In this document: one piece after another, positions 57,215 to 64,000 of the stretch
Numbering within the stretch: the first letter of the stretch is position 1
Layout: every line of letters starts with the position of its first letter
Assembly: GCA_017621885.1 (NCBI GenBank)
Contig: JAGASD010000048.1
Location: forward strand, 7,013-71,012
Length of the DNA: 64,000 nucleotides
Reading direction: 5' to 3'
From: Clostridia bacterium
Lineage (GTDB): Bacteria > Bacillota > Clostridia > Oscillospirales > Acutalibacteraceae
Made by a program: the position numbers and the translations under genes
Notes under the pieces: generated by a model
The model's input: only the letters and a program-made list of their open reading frames with translations
What the model was told of the DNA's origin: nothing
Databases searched by the model: none

Positions 57215-57367
57215 TTAGCAGCAGCCACAGCCGCAGTCGTTACGACCGCAGTCATTGGGCATACAAGTGTTACCGCAACCGTTGTTACCGTTGCCGCAAA
57301 CTAAGAAGATGATTATAAGGATAATAATCCAGGAGCAATTATTACCGTTATTGAAGAAGCAACCCAT
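57215..57367 (-). CDS. Cys/Gly/Asn-rich single-TM mini-protein (YjcZ-like sporulation protein family, tentative)
   Basis: MGCFFNNGNNCSWIIILIIIFLVCGNGNNGCGNTCMPNDCGRNDCGCGCC. ATG 57367 follows GGGGGA. The track ORF extends to 57406. Confidence 0.5.
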   Translation of the reverse strand: MGCFFNNGNNCSWIIILIIIFLVCGNGNNGCGNTCMPNDCGRNDCGCGCC

Positions 57368-57488
57368 TCTTAATCCCCCTTTCAATGCATAATATGTAAA
57401 TGACAAATTTATGTTACAGTTGAATATAAAAGAAATTTAAGAACAGAATATGTGTGTCATTTTAATTTTAAATTCGGAGGTATTATTT

Positions 57489-57635
57489 ATGGGCTTTGTA
57501 TTTGATTTTGATAAGTTTAAAAAAGGTAAACCAATGGACTATTCTGACTTTATCGAGGATGATTTTGATTATGAATATGCAGAAGAGTTTATATTTGAAG
57601 ATGAATACGGCGATGTGGACAGATATGATACTTGA
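57489..57635 (+). CDS. Highly acidic 48-aa protein of unknown function
   Basis: GGAGG lies 8 nt upstream of ATG 57489. ...DYSDFIEDDFDYEYAEEFIFEDEYGDVDRYDT. A terminator follows. Confidence 0.4.
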   Translation: MGFVFDFDKFKKGKPMDYSDFIEDDFDYEYAEEFIFEDEYGDVDRYDT

Positions 57636-57639
57636 GTTT

Positions 57640-57675
57640 AGCGGTGAGTTCTTTTCGGAATTCACCGCTATTTTT
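57640..57675 (+). terminator. Intrinsic terminator
   Basis: AGCGGTGA...TCACCGCT followed by ATTTTT. Confidence 0.75.
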
Positions 57676-57777
57676 GATTTGTGTAGAATAGTCAACTATC
57701 GCAGGCGCTGAGGTTGTCTGAACCGCCAAAGTGATTAATAAAATCCTCTTGGTTGAGCGAAAAAAGTGGATGTTGTT

Positions 57778-58179
57778 TCTACCTCTCTGGCTTAAGAGAG
57801 GGGGACCATTGCGCAATCAATTGTTGTTTGGATAAGCTTAAATCCGGGATGTTAATTAAATGGTAAAATTAAGTTGGGGCGAATGGTGGAGAGTTCCCGA
57901 TGCTTCAGCATCGTGGAAGCACTGCTTCCATTGACATAAATTTTATATTATTGATATTTTATTTGTGAGTAAAAATTTATTGTTCTTATTGTTTTATCAA
58001 TGTGGTGAGTTTACTACAATTGAATCTTACGATTCAACGACACGCCTATGGTCGTGTCGGGAACTCTCCACCGCTCCGTCAGACTATATTTTCAAATAAA
58101 ATTCAAGGCACGCTTGCTACAAATTTTAAAAGAAAAAATATTATAAGGCGGTCCCCCTCTCTTAAGCCAGAGAGGTAGA
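57778..58179. other. 402-bp non-coding element bounded by perfect 30-nt inverted repeats, with a second concentric inverted pair
   Basis: TCTACCTCTCTGGCTTAAGAGAGGGGGACC (57778-57807) is the exact reverse complement of 58150-58179. GGTGGAGAGTTCCCGA (57885-57900) is the exact reverse complement of 58057-58072. Both pairs are centred on 57978.5. No ORF of 60 aa or more. Its nature is unresolved. Confidence 0.5.
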
Positions 58180-58309
58180 TAAAAACGCTACTATATCCAT
58201 TATAAATAAATTTTAGAACATTAACTACTATAGGGAGCAGGATAAGCCTAAACCCTACGATGGGATGTTGCTCTAACAAAACAATGCGTAGAAAAAACTA
58301 CCACAGTAA

Positions 58310-58356
58310 GGTACGCATCTATGCGTACCGCGAGAGGTAACGTACCTCTTTTAAAT
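58310..58356 (+). terminator. Tandem hairpins, the second terminator-like
   Basis: GGTACGCA-tcta-TGCGTACC, then AGAGGTA-acg-TACCTCT followed by TTTAAAT. The T-run is weak. Confidence 0.35.
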
Positions 58357-58536
58357 CTGTTGTTTAGGAGAATTTATTTTCCTTACACGCGGGACGGATG
58401 GATCCGTCTCTTACGATGGTGTATCGTTCTGCAATAGTAATTTGCTCAACCGTAGGGTGTGTATTTCCGAGAATGGAAAAATCTTTGCCGAAATATACTG
58501 CATTTTGTTAACAATTCTTTACTTTTTATTAAATCA

Positions 58537-58565
58537 TTGAATTGTGAGAAAATTTATCGTATAAT
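58537..58565 (+). promoter_or_regulatory. Sigma-A-like promoter for mcsA-mcsB
   Basis: TTGAAT, 17-nt spacer, TATAAT. No GGTCAAA-type CtsR direct repeat nearby. Confidence 0.55.
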
Positions 58566-58601
58566 ATATTTAAGTTAATCCTTAGTTTTTGAGGTGATAT
58601 T

Positions 58602-59096
58602 TTGATTTGTCAGAATTGTAATAAAAATGAAGCCAATATGCATATGAAACGTATTATTAACGGCAGAGCAGGGGAGGTTCACCTTTGCTCCGACTGTGCG
58701 CGTTCTCTCGGTTACGGCGAGGCTTTTTCCGGCTTCGGACTCGGTTTGGGTGATTTTTTCGGTGAGCTTCTTTCAAAAGAGTCAAAATCAAATACGGGTC
58801 TTGTTTGTCCCGGTTGCGGAAAAACTTTTGATGAGGTTTTGTCTGACGGCAAAATGGGCTGTGCTGAGTGTTACGGCGTTTATTATGATAAATTGCTTCC
58901 GTCGCTCAGACGTATACACGGCAAGTCAACTTATGTGGGTTCAAGACCTGTATCGCATCAGGAGTCCGATGTATCCGAAGCTTTGAATCAGCTTAAATCA
59001 AAGCTTGCCGTTGCAATTGAAGCTCAGAATTTTGAACTTGCGGCACAGCTTCGTGATGAGATAAATAATATACTTAGCAAAAGGGGGGATAACTGA
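58602..59096 (+). CDS. mcsA: McsA-like protein (Zn-finger CxxC pairs plus UVR motif), activator of McsB
   Basis: TTG start 6 nt after GAGGTG. CQNC...CSDC and CPGC...CAEC pairs, and a C-terminal UVR-like FELAAQLRDEINNI. Confidence 0.75.
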   Translation: MICQNCNKNEANMHMKRIINGRAGEVHLCSDCARSLGYGEAFSGFGLGLGDFFGELLSKESKSNTGLVCPGCGKTFDEVLSDGKMGCAECYGVYYDKLLPSLRRIHGKSTYVGSRPVSHQESDVSEALNQLKSKLAVAIEAQNFELAAQLRDEINNILSKRGDN

Positions 59097-60106
59097 TGTC
59101 TGCAAAATGGTACCTGGGCACGGGTGCACAGAACGATGTTGTTATAAACACAAGTGTTCATCTTGCCCGCAATATCAGAGAATTCCCTTTTCCTGCGAGA
59201 CTTACATTACCCGAAAAATTGAATGTTAATTCTGTTATTAAAAATGCATCGGATTCTATTGGTGATTATTCGTTTAATTATTATGAAATGAAAACACTTT
59301 CTCAGGCAGAGGTTGTTTCGCTTGCAGAGCGTCACCTTGTCAGTCCCGAGTTTGCATCTTCCCGTGACGGCAGAGCATTGCTTTTAACAGAGGATGAAGC
59401 TGTAAGCATTATGCTCAATGAAGAAGACCATATCAGGTGTCAGGTTATGTACGCCGGTTTTGCACTTGATGAGGCATACAGAACAGCAAGTAACATTGAC
59501 CGCAAGTTATCCCAAAAGCTCGAATTTGCTTTTGATGATAAATTAGGCTATCTTACCCAAGACCCTACAGCACTCGGTACAGGTATGAAGGCATCGGTTG
59601 TTTTACATCTTCCTGCTCTTGTTACAACCTCGCAGATTACAAAGCTCATTACAACTGTTTCAAAATTAGGCCTTTCTCTTCGGGGTTCCTATGGCGAAGG
59701 TGCCGCAGCAAAAGGGGATATGTTCCGTCTGAGCAATACTATTACGTTAGGTATTTCCGAAAAAGCGGCTATAGAAAACCTTAAATCAATTGCACTTCAA
59801 ATAGCTGCACAGGAAAGAGCCGCCCGTGAGGAGATTTTCAAAGCACCCGTAACTGAAGACAGAATTTTCCGTGCATACGGTGTGTTAAAATACGCAAGAC
59901 TTCTTGATACCAATGAATTTATGGATTTGATTTCCTTAGTCAGATTAGGCGCGGTAAAGGGCTTAATCAAAATGGAATGTGCGCAGATAGAGGCACTTAT
60001 GATTCATATGCAGCCTGCAACCATTTCCCTTTCCGTTGACAGACCCCTTGACAGAGCTGAAAGAGATAAATTGCGCGCAATGCTTGTAAGAAAAGCCCTT
60101 ATTTGA
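59096..60106 (+). CDS. mcsB: Protein arginine kinase (ATP:guanido phosphotransferase)
   Basis: RLARNIREFPFP, NEEDHIRCQ and DPTALGTGMKASV phosphagen-kinase motifs. TGATG overlap with mcsA. Confidence 0.9.
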   Translation: MSAKWYLGTGAQNDVVINTSVHLARNIREFPFPARLTLPEKLNVNSVIKNASDSIGDYSFNYYEMKTLSQAEVVSLAERHLVSPEFASSRDGRALLLTEDEAVSIMLNEEDHIRCQVMYAGFALDEAYRTASNIDRKLSQKLEFAFDDKLGYLTQDPTALGTGMKASVVLHLPALVTTSQITKLITTVSKLGLSLRGSYGEGAAAKGDMFRLSNTITLGISEKAAIENLKSIALQIAAQERAAREEIFKAPVTEDRIFRAYGVLKYARLLDTNEFMDLISLVRLGAVKGLIKMECAQIEALMIHMQPATISLSVDRPLDRAERDKLRAMLVRKALI

Positions 60107-60130
60107 ATATTTTTACAATATATGATGAAA

Positions 60131-60161
60131 ATAACTGTTGAGGATGCTCAGCAGTTATTTT
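60131..60161 (+). terminator. Intrinsic terminator after mcsB
   Basis: TAACTGTTGAG-gatg-CTCAGCAGTTA followed by TTTTT. Confidence 0.75.
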
Positions 60162-60230
60162 TATATTGAAATATGTAAATTGGTGTGATATTATACCATT
60201 TGTTTATAAAATCATTTTACAGAGGTAGTT

Positions 60231-61163
60231 ATGTCAAAAATAAAAAAATCAAGAACACTATTTTCTTCCTTTTTATTGATTGTTGCCGCTTTTATATGGG
60301 GAACAACCTTTGTGGCGCAAAAAGAGGGTCTTGAACAAATCGGTAATTTTACGTTCCTTGCTTTGCGCTCATATCTTGCAGTTGTGTTTTTGACTCCCGT
60401 TTCACTTTTTATTTACAAAAATAATAAAAAACATATAGGCGACGGCGAACACGGAGAACACAAAACCTTTATTTCCAAAAAACTTCTTTTAGGCGGAGTG
60501 CTTTGCGGAACGTCCGTTTGTATGGCATCTCTTGTACAGCAATATGGCATTATGTACTCGGGAGTGGGTAAATCAGGCTTTTTAACAACCTTATATATAC
60601 TTATAGTGCCTATTTTGGGAGTGTTTTTAAAACGTAAAATCAAGCCGATTTTGTGGGTGTGTGTTGTTATTGCAACCTGCGGTATGTACTTTTTGTGCGT
60701 TACCGAAACGGGCGGAATAACCATAGGCGATTTTTTACTCATTATGTGCGCATTCCTCTTTGCGGTGCAAATAATGATTGTCGACCATTTTGTTAAGACG
60801 CTTGACGGAGTAAGGCTTTCTCTTGTTCAGTTTGCGGTTGCGGCTGTAATTTCAACAATCGGTATGTTCCTTTTTGAAGAGGTTGACCCCGTGGCAATCG
60901 GTGATGCATGGTTCTCCATTTTTTATGCTGGCGTTCTTTCCTCGGGTATTGCCTTCACATTGCAGGTTGTGGCGCAGAAAAACCTTAATCCCACAGTTGC
61001 AAGTCTTATTATGAGTCTTGAATCTGTTTTTGCCGCGTTGGCAGGTGCATTTTTCGGAGAACGTCTTACACCAAACGAAATTGTTGGTTGCGCTCTTGTG
61101 TTTGCTGCAATAATTCTTGCGCAGGTTCCTGTTGAGAATTTGTTAAAAAAAAGAGTTGAATAA
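60231..61163 (+). CDS. DMT superfamily transporter (EamA family)
   Basis: 10-TM layout with duplicated EamA halves. 310 aa. Confidence 0.8.
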   Translation: MSKIKKSRTLFSSFLLIVAAFIWGTTFVAQKEGLEQIGNFTFLALRSYLAVVFLTPVSLFIYKNNKKHIGDGEHGEHKTFISKKLLLGGVLCGTSVCMASLVQQYGIMYSGVGKSGFLTTLYILIVPILGVFLKRKIKPILWVCVVIATCGMYFLCVTETGGITIGDFLLIMCAFLFAVQIMIVDHFVKTLDGVRLSLVQFAVAAVISTIGMFLFEEVDPVAIGDAWFSIFYAGVLSSGIAFTLQVVAQKNLNPTVASLIMSLESVFAALAGAFFGERLTPNEIVGCALVFAAIILAQVPVENLLKKRVE

Positions 61164-61170
61164 AAGCATA

Positions 61171-61204
61171 AAAACAACGCATCGTTCGTATGCGTTGTTT
61201 TTTT
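61171..61204 (+). terminator. Intrinsic terminator
   Basis: AACAACGCAT-cgttcgt-ATGCGTTGTT followed by a T-run. Confidence 0.8.
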
Positions 61205-61290
61205 ACTGTTGAATCTTTTCAATGTTTTTTATATAATTTTTGTAACGAATATATTTTTTTCTTATCTAATAATCGGAAGGCGGTGAGAAT

Positions 61291-61779
61291 GTGGCTGATT
61301 TTGAAAAAATATTTCAGGAATATAAGGGCTTTGTCTTTAAGTTTTTGTTTAAGCTTTGCCGTGATGAAGCTCTTGCTGAGGAATTAACGCAAGAAGCTTT
61401 TTTTCGTGCATATATGAATATGAATACCTTGCGCGACGAAAGCAAAATATCGGTATGGTTATGTCAGATTGCAAAAAATACATATTTTGCTTGGTATAAT
61501 GCACAGAAAAAGCACTTAAAGCTTGAAGAATCAATGGAACTTAAAGAGTCTGTTGACGTTGAACAGCAGTTTATTGATAAGGAGTTGACTGAAAAAGCTC
61601 TTAATTGTCTGCATAATCTTGATGAACCGTATAAAGAGGTTTTTATGTTGGCTGTTTTGGGTCAGGTTTCATTAAAAGATATAAGCAAAATGTTCGGAAA
61701 AAGTGAAAGCTGGGCAAGGGTCACATTTTACCGTGCAAAACAAAAATTGACAGAAAGGATGAACGAAATTTATGAATAA
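61291..61779 (+). CDS. ECF-type RNA polymerase sigma factor
   Basis: Region 2 (AEELTQEAFFRAY, WLCQIAKN) and a region 4 HTH (LKDISKMFGKSESWARVTFYRAKQKL). Confidence 0.85.
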   Translation: MADFEKIFQEYKGFVFKFLFKLCRDEALAEELTQEAFFRAYMNMNTLRDESKISVWLCQIAKNTYFAWYNAQKKHLKLEESMELKESVDVEQQFIDKELTEKALNCLHNLDEPYKEVFMLAVLGQVSLKDISKMFGKSESWARVTFYRAKQKLTERMNEIYE

Positions 61780-62386
61780 ATCAGTATATATGAGCTGTGA
61801 TGTTGTGCAAGACTTGCTTCCCCTTTACATAGATAAATGCTGCTCGGAAGAAAGCCGGGATATTGTGGAATCACATTTGAATGAATGCGCTGACTGCAAA
61901 GCTGTTTTTGAAAGTATGTGCTGCGACTGCGCAGGTGACGGGAATGAGCTTTTTACACCGCAGAAATTAAACAAAATAAATGATTGGAAGGCATCTGTTT
62001 TGCAGGCTGCGTTATTGTTTGTTTCATTTGCTGTTCTGGCGGTAGGAATTACATTAGAGGCGTACACACCGTATGGTGCAACAAACGGTATATGGGCTTT
62101 TTCGGTCATTGTTCCCTTTGCAAGCTTTACACTGTCACTTTCTAACTGGTTTTTTGTAAGAATGTATAAGAACAGACGCGTTTTTTCAAATTGTTCAAGC
62201 CTTATAACTTTAATTATAAATATAATAAGTTTCGTTTGGGCGATTGTTCATTTCAAAGGAACCTTCTTTGATTTTTCGGGTTCGCTTGTTAAATTTTTGG
62301 TGTCAGGCATTGTAGTTGCATCGCTGTTGTGTGTTGTGTCAAAGGTTGCTTCAGGAGTTTATGCAAAAATGCTCGGTAAGGAGTGA
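61772..62386 (+). CDS. Membrane anti-sigma factor (zf-HC2 type)
   Basis: H-x3-C-x2-C motif (SHLNECADCK) after CDVVQDLLPLYIDKCC, followed by TM helices. Overlaps the sigma gene stop. Confidence 0.75.
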   Translation: MNKSVYMSCDVVQDLLPLYIDKCCSEESRDIVESHLNECADCKAVFESMCCDCAGDGNELFTPQKLNKINDWKASVLQAALLFVSFAVLAVGITLEAYTPYGATNGIWAFSVIVPFASFTLSLSNWFFVRMYKNRRVFSNCSSLITLIINIISFVWAIVHFKGTFFDFSGSLVKFLVSGIVVASLLCVVSKVASGVYAKMLGKE

Positions 62387-62394
62387 GCATTTGT

Positions 62395-62913
62395 ATGAAG
62401 AACAAGATAGTCGTTAAACGCGCTGTTTCAGCCTTTTTAATTATTGTGGTAATTGTTTCGTCAGCTTTCGGCTTCGTTTGGTTCAAGTTATAAAAGGTCA
62501 ATCCGTATATTACGGATAAACAGATTGTTTTCGTTCCTGAAACCTTACCGCATAAATTTCACTATGATTTAGTTTGGCTTTTTTTCGGGAATGATGTTTT
62601 TGAATATTGGGTTATAAAACCTGATAAAGATGATAAGGCTGCACTTCTCGAAGATGTACAAAACGGAAATTGGAGTAGTTTTAATGAGCAGTCTAATGAT
62701 GTTTTGCGTTCTTTTAATTACTATGGTAATGAATATACTAAACCGGTGATAAATCAACAATTGAACAGCCAAGGTACATACATTTGTTATTATGATGAGG
62801 TGAAAGAGGAAGTAGTCAAGCAGATTGATATTTCAATTTTAACATCGCATTGGATAATTTTCATATATGATTCGGTAGAAAACGTTTATTATTGTATTCA
62901 TCAATCGTATTGA
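62395..62913 (+). pseudogene. Membrane-anchored protein gene interrupted by an in-frame TAA (paralogue of 63356..63892)
   Basis: ATG 62395 encodes a 32-aa TM segment, then TAA at 62491-62493. The same frame continues open to 62913 and contains NGNW and W.I..YD....YYC motifs shared with the downstream paralogue. The first in-frame start after the stop is TTG 62704. Confidence 0.6.
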
Positions 62914-63309
62914 ATGGGAGAAGTAAATTTGAAAAAAGAATCAAATAAAGCGATATGTATTTCTATAATTGTATTATGTGTTTCTTTGATTGTGTCAAGC
63001 CTCTTCGCCTATGGTGTATATTGGATGTTTTATGACATTCAGCGTTTTGAAGGACAGAAGAAAATCGAGGAGGTTTCGTCATCGGATAATAAATATACAG
63101 TGACAGCGTATTTAAACAGCGGTGGTGCAACAACAGGTTGGGCTGTGCTGGGAACCGTGACCCACAACGAAACGGGAAAAACTAAAAATATATATTGGAA
63201 TTATAATTGTGAAGAAGCAGATATATATTGGGTAGACGAAAAAACCGTCATTATAAACGGTGAGGAGTTGAACGTTTTAAAGGATATATATGATTTCAGA
63301 CGAGAATAA
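62914..63309 (+). CDS. DUF5412-like small membrane-anchored protein
   Basis: One TM helix, then YTVTAYLNSGGATTGWAVLGTV...NIYWNY...WVDEKTVIINGEELNV. Family name recalled from memory. Confidence 0.6.
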   Translation: MGEVNLKKESNKAICISIIVLCVSLIVSSLFAYGVYWMFYDIQRFEGQKKIEEVSSSDNKYTVTAYLNSGGATTGWAVLGTVTHNETGKTKNIYWNYNCEEADIYWVDEKTVIINGEELNVLKDIYDFRRE

Positions 63310-63355
63310 AAAAGGAAGAGCGTCTGCCGGTTGGTGAGTTGGAGGATAGTGGTAA

Positions 63356-63892
63356 GTGATGATTAAAAAGGAAAAACGGAATGTTGCTGTTACCGTTATA
63401 TGTATATTAATAGTCGTAGTCATTGGTGTAAGCGTTTTTGTAGGTGTGTTATATAAGCCATTGTGTGAAATCTTCAGCATACCGGAATTTTCCGGTAGCG
63501 GTAATATTGTTTTCACTCCCGGTGAAGCCCGTTTTCCCCGCAAATTTCATGTTACAATTTTTTGTATAGATGAATATATGCATTGGGTGTATGAATTAAA
63601 TACGGAAGAACAAGAGGCAGTTCTTGCGGATATAGAAAACGGAAACTGGACTTTGTTAAACGATAATATTTATTACGGAATAAAAGAATTTGATGGCTTT
63701 TATGGCGGAGGCGAGATTTTAAATAAAAGCATTTTGGAACACGAATGTTACGTTTGCGTTTATGACCCGAATCAAGAGCAAATTATAACAAATCAAGAAG
63801 ATTATTACTACTTCAATGGTCACTCCCAATGGGTTATTTATTTGTACGATACCGAAACCTGCAAATATTACTGTATGTACGCAACAATATGA
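63356..63892 (+). CDS. Membrane-anchored protein of unknown function (intact paralogue of the pseudogene)
   Basis: One TM helix, ENGNWTLLNDN and WVIYLYDTETCKYYCMYATI. GGAGGA upstream. Confidence 0.6.
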   Translation: MMIKKEKRNVAVTVICILIVVVIGVSVFVGVLYKPLCEIFSIPEFSGSGNIVFTPGEARFPRKFHVTIFCIDEYMHWVYELNTEEQEAVLADIENGNWTLLNDNIYYGIKEFDGFYGGGEILNKSILEHECYVCVYDPNQEQIITNQEDYYYFNGHSQWVIYLYDTETCKYYCMYATI

Positions 63893-63904
63893 ATATTTCT
63901 ACAC

Positions 63905-63943
63905 AAAAAATCACCTCAACGGTTTTATTGGACCGCTGAGGTG
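63905..63943 (-). terminator. Intrinsic terminator for the convergent gene entering from the right
   Basis: CACCTCAaCGG...CCGcTGAGGTG, with a T-run on the minus strand (A-run at 63905-63910 on the plus strand). Confidence 0.65.
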
Positions 63944-63958
63944 GTTTGAGTTTAATTA

Positions 63959-64000
63959 TTAAAGCTTCTCTACAATTTCTTTTGTATCTCTTGCGATTGC
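63959..64000 (-). CDS. 3' end of a minus-strand CDS (partial, product unknown)
   Basis: The reverse complement reads ...AIARDTKEIVEKL then TAA at 63959-63961. Too short to identify. Confidence 0.3.
   Translation of the reverse strand, partial: AIARDTKEIVEKL

Noticed and set aside
57888-57970. SD-like GGAGAG plus a 22-codon ORF (MLQHRGSTASIDINFILLIFYL) whose RBS would be sequestered by the inner stem, suggesting a type I toxin.
   Set aside because: The hydrophobic stretch of about 12 aa is too short for a membrane toxin and no antisense RNA promoter is evident. It is kept only as a remote possibility.
57876-58077. Superficial resemblance of GGGGCGAATGGTGGAGAG ... CTCTCCACC to tmRNA ends.
   Set aside because: There is no T-arm, no tag reading frame, no terminal CCA context, and the pairing geometry differs from a tRNA-like acceptor.
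57778-58179. Retron (msr/msd with flanking a1/a2 repeats) as an explanation for the inverted-repeat element.
   Set aside because: No reverse transcriptase gene is adjacent or anywhere in the window, and the element is larger than typical retron ncRNAs.

Overview
The window looks like chromosomal DNA from a low-GC, spore-forming Firmicute, probably Clostridia. Supporting signs are spoVT, a YjcZ-like mini-protein, a T-box leader, many hairpin plus T-run terminators and GGAGG-type ribosome-binding sites. Coding density is high on both strands. I saw no rRNA, CRISPR array, transposase, integrase or recognisable defence genes. One tRNA-Pro(GGG) is present. A conserved housekeeping block, nusB-xseA-xseB-ispA-dxs-tlyA-nadK-argR-recN, spans about 33.8-43.2 kb. 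The rest is transporters, oxidoreductases, a sulfatase, glycoconjugate-related genes and an ECF sigma/anti-sigma locus. Five things stand out. (1) A T-box-controlled operon on the minus strand (19.97-25.0 kb) has aspartyl-tRNA synthetase fused in one ORF to a GatC domain, followed by a GatA homologue that has lost its Ser-cisSer catalytic residues, and then an apparently intact GatB. (2) An ORF-free region of about 0.9 kb (57.68-58.56 kb) contains a 402-bp element bounded by perfect 30-nt inverted repeats, with a second inverted pair sharing exactly the same centre. It lies upstream of an mcsA-mcsB pair that lacks ctsR and clpC. (3) The spoVT promoter, RBS and first codons occur three times, and two of the copies flank a tauE-like gene as direct repeats. 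(4) Three paralogues of a neutral-ceramidase-like hydrolase are present, two of them clustered with a BadF-type kinase, a SIS protein and a GH84 enzyme. (5) Smaller oddities include an in-frame stop in a paralogous membrane protein gene, tandem repeats in a protein tail and in a promoter, and a Cys-rich mini-protein. All functional calls come from reading translated motifs by eye. No database search was run.
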